Below, in pieces: positions 56,931-64,000 of a DNA stretch of 64,000 nucleotides. The position numbers were made by a program, and so were the translations under genes. Source of the stretch: an uncultured Bacteroidales bacterium (GTDB lineage: Bacteria; Bacteroidota; Bacteroidia; Bacteroidales; UBA11471); assembly GCA_947593515.1 (NCBI GenBank), contig CANQDQ010000002.1, forward strand, positions 115,471-179,470. Reading direction: 5' to 3'. The notes beneath the pieces were generated by a model. The model searched no databases. It was not told the origin of the DNA and worked only from the letters and a program-made list of their open reading frames with translations. The number at the start of each line of letters is the position of its first letter. Positions within the stretch are counted from its first letter, which is position 1.

Positions 56931-58214
56931 ATGAAAAAATTTTATTTAGTTGCTGTGATACTTTCTTGCACATTTAGCTGTTCGCAAGAAAAAGAATCCG
57001 ACTTACCGGAAAGTAACGAAAATTCAGAAAATGAAAATTCGGAAATTCTATATTCCGGAACATTACCCGTTTTGCGCATCGATACCGAAGGAAACGCACC
57101 TATTGTATCGAAAGAAAAATATCTGAATGCGACTTATTATCTCGATGCTCTCGAGCTTGACGGATATGAGTCGATAGGAAACCGTGAAAATCCGCTTCCT
57201 CTCAAAATAAGAGGACGTGGAAATTCTTCATGGTCGAATTATGACAAAAAACCGTATCGTCTTAAATTGGATTCAAAAGCCGCCCTTTTGGGATTGAAAA
57301 AGAATAAGAATTTTGTACTCATTCCTCATGTGGGAAGTGTTTTTTTACGAGAATATGCCGGATTCGAATTAGGCAGAATGATCGGACTTCCTTGGACACC
57401 GAACATGACGCCGTTGGAAATCGTGTTGAACAGGGAATATATCGGTCGATATTTTTTGGTGGAGAACATTCGGGTCGATGAAAATCGGGTGAATATTTTT
57501 GAACAGCCCGATGAAACGACCGACCCTGCCATAATACCCGGCGGTTGGCTTGTCGAATTGGATAATTACAACGATCCCGCTCAAATAAAATTACAGGAAG
57601 AAAACGGTCTGACGTTACGGATTACTTATCATACACCAGAAATCCTTTCGGCACAGCAGGAAACATTCTTGCGAAACGAAATTACAGCCATGAGCCGTGC
57701 TATTTACGAGCCCGATAAAAATTCCACCGAATGGGAAAATTATATCGATATGGACATTCTTGCCCGCTATTATATCGTACAGGAATGTATCGACAATGCC
57801 GATGCTTTTCATGGCAGTACTTATCTGTATAAAGATGCCGGAGATAATCAAAAATGGATATTCGGTCCATTATGGGATCTTTCATTTTGTTTTTATCGGA
57901 CAAAAAACGATTTTATTTATAATAACGGATATTGGGAAAAATACAATTGGATTGCAGAAATTGCCAAATTCCCCCGCTTTCAGGAAAAAGTGCGTGAAAT
58001 ATGGAGCGATTTCTATTCAACGCAGTATCCGCAAATTTTTGAACGTCTTGAAAGTTTTGCTGCTCTTTGTGCCGGAGCAGACGAGGCTACCCGCAACAGA
58101 TGGGAACAATACGACAAACGTCCTACCGATGAAATGTTGCGCGAGGCAAAACGTTATCTGACAGCACAAACCGAATGGCTGAATGAACAGTGGAGCAAAC
58201 CTTTTTCAAATTGA
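56931..58214 (+). CDS. CotH kinase family lipoprotein
   Basis: Start taken at 'MKKFYLVAVILSCTFSC' (lipobox). 'YDKKPYRLKLD...KNFVL' and later conserved segments resemble the CotH family. Confidence 0.75.
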   Translation: MKKFYLVAVILSCTFSCSQEKESDLPESNENSENENSEILYSGTLPVLRIDTEGNAPIVSKEKYLNATYYLDALELDGYESIGNRENPLPLKIRGRGNSSWSNYDKKPYRLKLDSKAALLGLKKNKNFVLIPHVGSVFLREYAGFELGRMIGLPWTPNMTPLEIVLNREYIGRYFLVENIRVDENRVNIFEQPDETTDPAIIPGGWLVELDNYNDPAQIKLQEENGLTLRITYHTPEILSAQQETFLRNEITAMSRAIYEPDKNSTEWENYIDMDILARYYIVQECIDNADAFHGSTYLYKDAGDNQKWIFGPLWDLSFCFYRTKNDFIYNNGYWEKYNWIAEIAKFPRFQEKVREIWSDFYSTQYPQIFERLESFAALCAGADEATRNRWEQYDKRPTDEMLREAKRYLTAQTEWLNEQWSKPFSN

Positions 58215-58253
58215 TAAAAAAACAGAATAGACCAAAATATATTGAAGAAGAAA

Positions 58254-58285
58254 AAAGGGAGCCGTTGCTGGCTTCCTTTTTTTCT
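58254..58285 (+). terminator. Rho-independent terminator after the CotH-like gene
   Basis: Stem aagggagcc/ggcttcctt (one G-U pair) followed by a T-tract. Confidence 0.65.
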
Positions 58286-58399
58286 TTGTAGTACAGGCTT
58301 TTGTATTTCCGATTCTTTTTTATACTTTTGTAGTATGTACGCGGACACGGATTTTTGTACCGTACATTTCCGAAAATAAAAAATCAAATACCGATTGCC

Positions 58400-59950
58400 A
58401 TGAAAAAATACTTTCTTCTGTTAGCCGGCATCTGTCTGATGCAGAGTGCCGCAGCAACGCTCGACGTGCGCGCTTTCGGCGCGAAAGGCGACGGCAAGAG
58501 CCTCGACACCGAAGCCATACAGGCGGCCATCGACTCGGCTTCCGCCTGCGGCGGCGAAACGGTCGTCCTCGCCTCCGGTCGCTACCTGAGCGGAACCATA
58601 GTGCTGAAAGACAACGTACTGCTGCGCATCGAGCGCGGTGCCGTGCTGCTCGGAAGCACCCGCCTCGACGACTATCCCGAACACGTGTCGAGCTACCTCT
58701 CCCACGTAAACCGTTACTCCACCCGCTCGCTCATTCTCGCCGACGGTGCGAAAAATATCGGCATCTGCGGCGAGGGCATCATCGACGGACAAGGCTCGCT
58801 TGCCAACTATCCCGCCACCGAAACGGAGATGCTGATGGGCATCACCCGCCGCCCCTACCTGTTGCGCATCATCAGTTGCACGGGCGTGAAAATGAAAGAT
58901 ATACGGCTACGCAATTCGCCGGCATGGACGCAGCATTATCTCAACTGCGAAAATGTGTTGGTCGATGGCATCGACGTGTATAATCACGGCAATTACAACA
59001 ACGACGGCATCGACATCGACAACTGCCGGCAGGTGCGTATCGTCAATTGTCATTTCAACACCGACGACGATGCCATTTGCTTCAAGACGACCAATGCGAC
59101 GGGTCACTGCGAGAACGTGGCGGTATCGAACTGCGTCATCGCCGCCAACTGCAACGCCATGAAATGGGGCAGCGAAACAAACGGCGGATTCCGCAACTTC
59201 GCCATTACCAACTGCGTATTCCGCCGCGCCGACGAACCGACCATCTACGACCGTCCGAACCGCACGCTCGGCGGGCTGGCTATCGAAACGGTCGATGGCG
59301 CTCTCGTGGAGAATTTCAACATCAGCAACATTTCCATGTACGGGGTTATGACGCCGCTTTTCATACGCCTCGCCAATCGTGCCCGTAACTATTACGACGG
59401 CGGACCGGCGCAACCGGTGGGCACGTTGCGCGACATACACATCGCCAACCTTACGGCTACGATGCACGGGCTTGTTTCCAGTTCCATTACGGGACTCGAC
59501 GGACATGAAGTCGAGAATGTTACGTTGAGCAACGTAACGATTGTATGCGACGGCGGAGGCAGTGCCGAATATGCTCAAAACCGCAACTTGCCGGCTCGTG
59601 AAAAAGAATACCCCGAAACGCTGATTTTCGCCGATGCTCCGGCGTCGGCTCTCTTCGTGAAAAATGCGCGCGGGCTGCGTATGGAAAACGTGCGTCTCGA
59701 AGTGCGCCATGCCGACCCTCGTGTACTGCTGTTCATCGAAAATGCCGATGATGCGGCGCTCGACAACATCACGCTCGTCAATCCGCAAGATGCGCCGCAG
59801 CTGATTCTGCGCAACAGCCGCAACATACGCATCGGCGACCTCCGGCCCGATGCCCTGCAAATCGAAGGCGCCGCCTCGCAAAATATCGGCATTGGAAATG
59901 CCATTACCGCATTCACCGACGGCGCCACGAAAAAAGCCCTGCGGAAATAA
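58400..59950 (+). CDS. Glycoside hydrolase family 28-like (pectate-lyase-fold / polygalacturonase-like) secreted protein
   Basis: Start at 'MKKYFLLLAGICLMQSAAA'. 'LDVRAFGAKGDGKSLDTEAIQAAID' is the typical GH28/Pectate_lyase_3 N-terminus. The 'NNDGIDIDNC' and 'DDAICFK' catalytic Asp motifs sit on a parallel beta-helix. Confidence 0.8.
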   Translation: MKKYFLLLAGICLMQSAAATLDVRAFGAKGDGKSLDTEAIQAAIDSASACGGETVVLASGRYLSGTIVLKDNVLLRIERGAVLLGSTRLDDYPEHVSSYLSHVNRYSTRSLILADGAKNIGICGEGIIDGQGSLANYPATETEMLMGITRRPYLLRIISCTGVKMKDIRLRNSPAWTQHYLNCENVLVDGIDVYNHGNYNNDGIDIDNCRQVRIVNCHFNTDDDAICFKTTNATGHCENVAVSNCVIAANCNAMKWGSETNGGFRNFAITNCVFRRADEPTIYDRPNRTLGGLAIETVDGALVENFNISNISMYGVMTPLFIRLANRARNYYDGGPAQPVGTLRDIHIANLTATMHGLVSSSITGLDGHEVENVTLSNVTIVCDGGGSAEYAQNRNLPAREKEYPETLIFADAPASALFVKNARGLRMENVRLEVRHADPRVLLFIENADDAALDNITLVNPQDAPQLILRNSRNIRIGDLRPDALQIEGAASQNIGIGNAITAFTDGATKKALRK

Positions 59951-59967
59951 GTACTTTATAAAATAAT

Positions 59968-60010
59968 AGAACCGCCGCGCGGCATAGAGTCGGGCGGCGG
60001 TTCTTTTGTG
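59968..60010. terminator. Hairpin between convergent GH28-like and rfbC genes
   Basis: 10-bp stem gaaccgccgc/gcggcggttc followed by a T-tract on the plus strand. Confidence 0.7.
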
Positions 60011-60028
60011 TTTGTTTCGGACGGGAAA

Positions 60029-60577
60029 TCAATCGAAGCAATAGACTTCGGAGAGCGGTTTTCCGGCGCGGTCTTTGGGCGACAACAGCATTTTGTCTTC
60101 GGGGAAATTCCACGCAACGCCCACCTGCTTGTCGTTGAAGATGAGCGACGCCTCCTCTTGCGGGGCATACACGTTATCGACTTTGTAGACGAAAGTCGCT
60201 GACTCGCTCAACACCAAAAATCCGTGTGCGAATCCGCGCGGAATAAAGAGCTGCCGCGCATTTTCGGCGGATAGTTCCACAGCAACGTATTTTCCGAACG
60301 TGGGCGATGAGCGGCGCAAATCGACCGCCACATCGAGCACCCGCCCTTCCAGCACGCGCACGAGTTTGGCTTGCGAGTATTCGCCTTTTTGGAAATGCAG
60401 TCCGCGCAATACGCCATACGACGAACGCGACTCGTTGTCTTGTACGAAGTTTATTTTACCGATATGTTTTTCAAACAAGTCCTGTCGGTAAGTCTCCATG
60501 AAATAACCGCGCGCATCACCGAATTTTTTCGGCTCTATAACGAATACGCCGGCAATAGATTGTTCGATAAATTCCAT
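60029..60577 (-). CDS. rfbC: dTDP-4-dehydrorhamnose 3,5-epimerase
   Basis: 182 aa with 'DARGYFMETY', 'VLRGLHFQ', 'QAKLVRVLEGRVLDVAVDLR' and 'IPRGFAHGF'. Confidence 0.94.
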   Translation of the reverse strand: MEFIEQSIAGVFVIEPKKFGDARGYFMETYRQDLFEKHIGKINFVQDNESRSSYGVLRGLHFQKGEYSQAKLVRVLEGRVLDVAVDLRRSSPTFGKYVAVELSAENARQLFIPRGFAHGFLVLSESATFVYKVDNVYAPQEEASLIFNDKQVGVAWNFPEDKMLLSPKDRAGKPLSEVYCFD

Positions 60578-60599
60578 TTATTTAATTGTTTATAAAGTT

Positions 60600-61988
60600 T
60601 TATTCATCTTCGGAGAACATCGGGTCCCAAGCGGGCAACCGCACGGGTTTCCGGTTGAGAAGGTCGAGAATTGCCTGCGGCACATACTTCTTTTCGGCGA
60701 CGACGCGGAACATATATTCGTCGAACCACCGGTCGGTCATAATCAGGTGCCCGTTGTAACCGCGCGTCGTGCCCCAGCTGTTTTCCAGCAGCCATTTGCG
60801 GGGTGCGCCGTTTTCGTCGAGTTCGACACCCACCAGCGTCATGGCGTGCGACGAACCGCTTGCATACGTTTCGATGCGCTGTTTCTTATCCATGCCGAAC
60901 GTCGTCCCCATCAGCGATTCGTAATCGTAGTTGTCGAGGTCGAGCGTACCTTTCGCCGTGTCGATGTATTTCATGACATCGCACGAGAAATAGAGGGCGG
61001 TGCTGTCTTTCAGGGAGGCGATGGCTACGGGTTTTATATCCTCGACCGGCAGGTTGATGTACGTCCAGTTATAGCCGTCGTACACGTGGCGGTCGCAGTC
61101 GATTTCGTACAATTCGTAATACGGACGGGTCGGGTCGTTCATCAGCATGACATAGCCGCCGGTGAGGTCGTTGCCCACAAATTCTTCGTAGAACGATTTC
61201 GGGGTATAGGTTTTCGTTTCGACGGGATTCCCCTGTTTGTCCTTGCGCGTCCATGTAAATTCCGTCGGAGGCTCTCCTATCGTCAATGCCAGCATACGGT
61301 AGATGGTGGAGAGCATTTCCGTTTTCAGCTTTTCAATCTCTGCCGGTTTGGTTTTGGCAGGCAGTGCGCGCAATTGCAGCCCGTATTCGCGCAATTTCGT
61401 TTTCAACAGGGTTGCCATACGCGAAGTGTTGTTGGCGCTGAAACTTTCGTTCATGACGCTTTTGGGCACGACCCCGTATTTTTCGATAAGGTCGGAAACA
61501 CCGGTGAATTGTCCGCCGTCGCTCAACGGATTTTTGAAAAGCCACTCCACCATGCGGTCGTCCATTTTTCGATTTCTGGTATCTATAATACACTGTAAGA
61601 ATAGATTAGCCTTTTCGAGTTGGTCGTAAAAGAAGCAGAACGCCTGCGAAAATTCGCACTCCGGCAGGTCATGTTCTGCCATGGCTTGTGCGCGCAACAC
61701 GTTCAAGCCTGTAAAGAGCCAGCAGCGCCCCGACGATTTTTGGTCGGTGATGCCTTTGGTCGGCACGCGGTAAGTGAAATAACTGTCGATTTGGTCGCTT
61801 ACTTCCGCATTGGCTGCCAACTGTTGAATATCGGTTTTAGCCAACGCGTTTCGCAAAGCCTTGTCTTCGGGCGTATGTTTGTACGTGCTGCGCAAAGTCT
61901 GCATCATCGTTTCGTCGATGCCGCCTTGCGCCTGTACCGGCAGCGTGAGGGCAAATGCCATTGCACACAGAATCGTTACGGTTCTCAT
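60600..61988 (-). CDS. C1-family cysteine peptidase (aminopeptidase C / bleomycin hydrolase-like), secreted form
   Basis: 'QKSSGRCWLFTGLN' holds the catalytic Cys. The catalytic His region is 'HAMTLVG' and 'ENSWG' is also present. I chose the start at 'MRTVTILCAMAFALTLPVQAQ' (signal peptide). Confidence 0.85.
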   Translation of the reverse strand: MRTVTILCAMAFALTLPVQAQGGIDETMMQTLRSTYKHTPEDKALRNALAKTDIQQLAANAEVSDQIDSYFTYRVPTKGITDQKSSGRCWLFTGLNVLRAQAMAEHDLPECEFSQAFCFFYDQLEKANLFLQCIIDTRNRKMDDRMVEWLFKNPLSDGGQFTGVSDLIEKYGVVPKSVMNESFSANNTSRMATLLKTKLREYGLQLRALPAKTKPAEIEKLKTEMLSTIYRMLALTIGEPPTEFTWTRKDKQGNPVETKTYTPKSFYEEFVGNDLTGGYVMLMNDPTRPYYELYEIDCDRHVYDGYNWTYINLPVEDIKPVAIASLKDSTALYFSCDVMKYIDTAKGTLDLDNYDYESLMGTTFGMDKKQRIETYASGSSHAMTLVGVELDENGAPRKWLLENSWGTTRGYNGHLIMTDRWFDEYMFRVVAEKKYVPQAILDLLNRKPVRLPAWDPMFSEDE

Positions 61989-62070
61989 TCGTAAAAGGTG
62001 TTTAGGTTTGTTATACAATAATCGGTCGATAGATTTTGATTATTCTAATGCCATTTTATATATCCGCACA

Positions 62071-63534
62071 TTATATTTCGTTTTTAAGCAGCGGCCAGTT
62101 TTTATCGGGCGTATGGGCGGCGCGCATCAACACTTTCAACTGTCCGGCAACATCTTGATGCTTCTCTATAATGTTGTGTTCCTCGCCAAGGTCGTCGGTC
62201 AAATTGTAAAGCTCGTAGCGGGGATTCGCTCCTTGCACATTCAAATGCACGAGTTTCCAATTGCCGCAGCGGACAGCCTGTCTGCCTTCCATTTCGTGAA
62301 ACTCAAAATAGAGATAGTCGTGTTGGAGCTGGTCATCATTGCGACCTTCCAATGTCGGCAGGAAGCTGATGCCGTCGCTGCCGACGGGAGTAGTGCTGCC
62401 GGTAATGTCGGAGAATGTCGCCAACAAATCCCAAAATGCACATATATGATCGCCGGTTACGCCTTCGGCAACATGTCCGGGCCACGACACGATCATCGGC
62501 ACACGCACGCCGCCTTCGTACACGTCGCGTTTGTAGCCGCGCAGCGGGCCATTGCTGTTGAAGAAATCGGGATCGGCACCGCCTTCCAAATGCGGGCCGT
62601 TATCACTTGCGAATATGACAATCGTATTGTCTGCCAGATCTTTTTCGTGCAGGCGCCCGATAATTTCACCCACATACTTGTCGAGTCGCTGTACCATGGC
62701 AGCAAATGTTGCATGAGGATATTTCTGCGAGCAATAGCCGCCGTGCCGAAACTCAGGACCGGAATCGATACCTGTGAAAGGTGTTTCAGGATATTTTCCA
62801 CGCAGGCTCCGAATAATATCGTCTTCGGGAACAATCAGTTCGGCATGGGGAATCGTAGTCGGATAAAACAGCATAAAAGGCTCGCCCTTCTTGCGGCTGT
62901 CGAGAAATTTCATTGCCTCGGCGTGAATCACATCGGGTGCGTAAGTACCCTGACCGTAGGGCACGGCATCGGTATTGTCCGCAAAATCGACGCGTGTGGA
63001 ATTGTTCCACAAATGGTCGGGATAATAACTGTGAGCAAGCGTCTGGCAGTTGTAGCCATAAAAGCGATCAACGCCTTGCCGCATCGGATCGCCTGATGTT
63101 CCGATGCCGCCCAATCCCCATTTGCCGAATACACCAATGGTATAACCGACATTTTTTAATTGCAGGAACAATTGTGCCGAACCTGCGGGCAGCGGGAACT
63201 GACCTTCCGGTTTTACCCCCATATTTCCACGCACCGCAGTATGTCCCGAATGCAGCCCTGTAACCAGGCACGAACGCGACGGTGCGCTCACGGTTGTTCC
63301 CGAATAGCACTGTGTAAAGCGCATACCCGATCGGGCTATGGCATCGATGTTGGGAGTGGAAAAGCGTTGCTGTCCGTAACAGCTCAAATCGCCATAGCCG
63401 AGATCGTCGGCCAAAATAAATACGATGTTAGGACGTGATGCTGCATTGTTTTTCGCCTGCGTTTGGGCGGCGGCTTGCTGACCTGCCGCATATCCTGCGA
63501 GCAAAGCGCCTCCAATAAACAAGGGATAGTTCAT
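62071..63534 (-). CDS. Arylsulfatase-family sulfatase (Ser-type formylglycine motif)
   Basis: 'NIVFILADDLGYGDL' plus the active-site motif 'SAPSRSCLVTG' (SxPxR, i.e. Ser-type). I chose the start at 'MNYPLFIGGALLAG...' (signal peptide). Confidence 0.88.
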   Translation of the reverse strand: MNYPLFIGGALLAGYAAGQQAAAQTQAKNNAASRPNIVFILADDLGYGDLSCYGQQRFSTPNIDAIARSGMRFTQCYSGTTVSAPSRSCLVTGLHSGHTAVRGNMGVKPEGQFPLPAGSAQLFLQLKNVGYTIGVFGKWGLGGIGTSGDPMRQGVDRFYGYNCQTLAHSYYPDHLWNNSTRVDFADNTDAVPYGQGTYAPDVIHAEAMKFLDSRKKGEPFMLFYPTTIPHAELIVPEDDIIRSLRGKYPETPFTGIDSGPEFRHGGYCSQKYPHATFAAMVQRLDKYVGEIIGRLHEKDLADNTIVIFASDNGPHLEGGADPDFFNSNGPLRGYKRDVYEGGVRVPMIVSWPGHVAEGVTGDHICAFWDLLATFSDITGSTTPVGSDGISFLPTLEGRNDDQLQHDYLYFEFHEMEGRQAVRCGNWKLVHLNVQGANPRYELYNLTDDLGEEHNIIEKHQDVAGQLKVLMRAAHTPDKNWPLLKNEI

Positions 63535-63788
63535 ACTGTTTTTTGTTTTGTCAGTTTCTTTCTTGGCATTTGTACGACACAAATATACAAGAAAGAATGC
63601 TGGAACCAAAATTTATTTCGTTTTTACCGATTCGAAATTTTTGCTTGACAAAGCAGACTTTCGACCGCGATACGCAGACGCTTTCCCTGTCCGTCGTTGC
63701 AGAACAAAAAAAGATTTTCTATCAATTATTTAATGCGGAATATCGAATTATTTTCTTAAAAATCCGTCGTTTTTACGCAAGTTCTGTG

Positions 63789-63796
63789 TATCTTTG
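63789..63796 (+). promoter_or_regulatory. -7 motif TATCTTTG upstream of the YrdC-domain gene
   Basis: TAnnTTTG match 24 nt upstream of the ATG at 63820. Confidence 0.55.
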
Positions 63797-63819
63797 CTTT
63801 TCATTCGGGTAAAAAAGGT

Positions 63820-64000
63820 ATGGAAGACGATATAAAAAAGGCTTGTGAGGTGCTGCAAAAAGGTGGCATCATTCTCTATCCGACCGACACCATTTGGGGT
63901 ATCGGGTGCGACGCCACTAATGCCGAAGCCGTGAAGCGCGTTTTTGAAATAAAGAAACGCGCCGACAGCAAAGCCCTGATCGTGTTGGTCGATAAGCCGG
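63820..64000 (+). CDS. tsaC: L-threonylcarbamoyladenylate synthase (YrdC/TsaC domain), 5' partial that runs off the window
   Basis: My own translation from the ATG at 63820 gives 'MEDDIKKACEVLQKGGIILYPTDTIWGIGCDATNAEAVKRVFEIKKRADSKALIVLV', the classic YrdC N-terminus. It is absent from the ORF track because no stop codon falls in the window. Confidence 0.8.
   Translation, partial: MEDDIKKACEVLQKGGIILYPTDTIWGIGCDATNAEAVKRVFEIKKRADSKALIVLVDKP

Noticed and set aside
61861-63096. 411-aa ORF antisense to the pepC-like and sulfatase genes
   Set aside because: It crosses the intergenic gap between two well-supported minus-strand genes, so it is a shadow ORF.
1-64000. CRISPR arrays, rRNA genes, IS elements, prophage genes
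   Set aside because: I scanned the intergenic regions by eye. I found no regularly spaced direct repeats, no rRNA-like sequence, and no transposase, integrase or phage structural ORFs.

Overview
This 64-kb chromosomal segment looks like a Bacteroidales (Bacteroidota) genome. The evidence is Bacteroidota-specific families (DUF4835/PorD-like, DUF5686, DUF4924, DUF4296, SusD-like, a T9SS C-terminal sorting tail, fused FeoA-FeoB), TAnnTTTG -7 promoter motifs in front of many genes, and tightly packed or overlapping operons. I call about 52 CDS, 3 tRNAs (Ser-CGA, a CAT-anticodon tRNA, Cys-GCA), and a set of hairpin terminators and promoter motifs. Most of the window is G+C-rich housekeeping: smpB, pyrK/pyrD, htpG, clpC-type ATPase, gyrA, holA, radA, cstA, ileS-dksA-like-lspA, rlmB, recN, coaBC, dnaN, guaA, prfC, rfbD, rfbC, feoAB, pepC-like, sulfatase. 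I saw no CRISPR array, IS element, integrase or rRNA. Three visibly A+T-rich patches interrupt this background: (i) 14.3-15.65 kb, an HTH regulator plus a 658-bp ORF-free tract; (ii) 45.6-48.8 kb, directly downstream of tRNA-Ser; (iii) 51.1-53.75 kb, a chimeric SusD-like lipoprotein next to two tRNAs. Patch (ii) is my best candidate for an undescribed system. It is a translationally coupled three-gene minus-strand operon with its own promoter motif. It encodes a 129-aa single-pass coiled-coil membrane protein, a 743-aa protein with a 2-TM channel-like N-terminus, degenerate Rossmann/RCK-like modules and a C-terminal RyR-repeat-like domain, and a 157-aa all-helical orphan. All domain assignments were made by eye from the translations and need HMM or structure confirmation.
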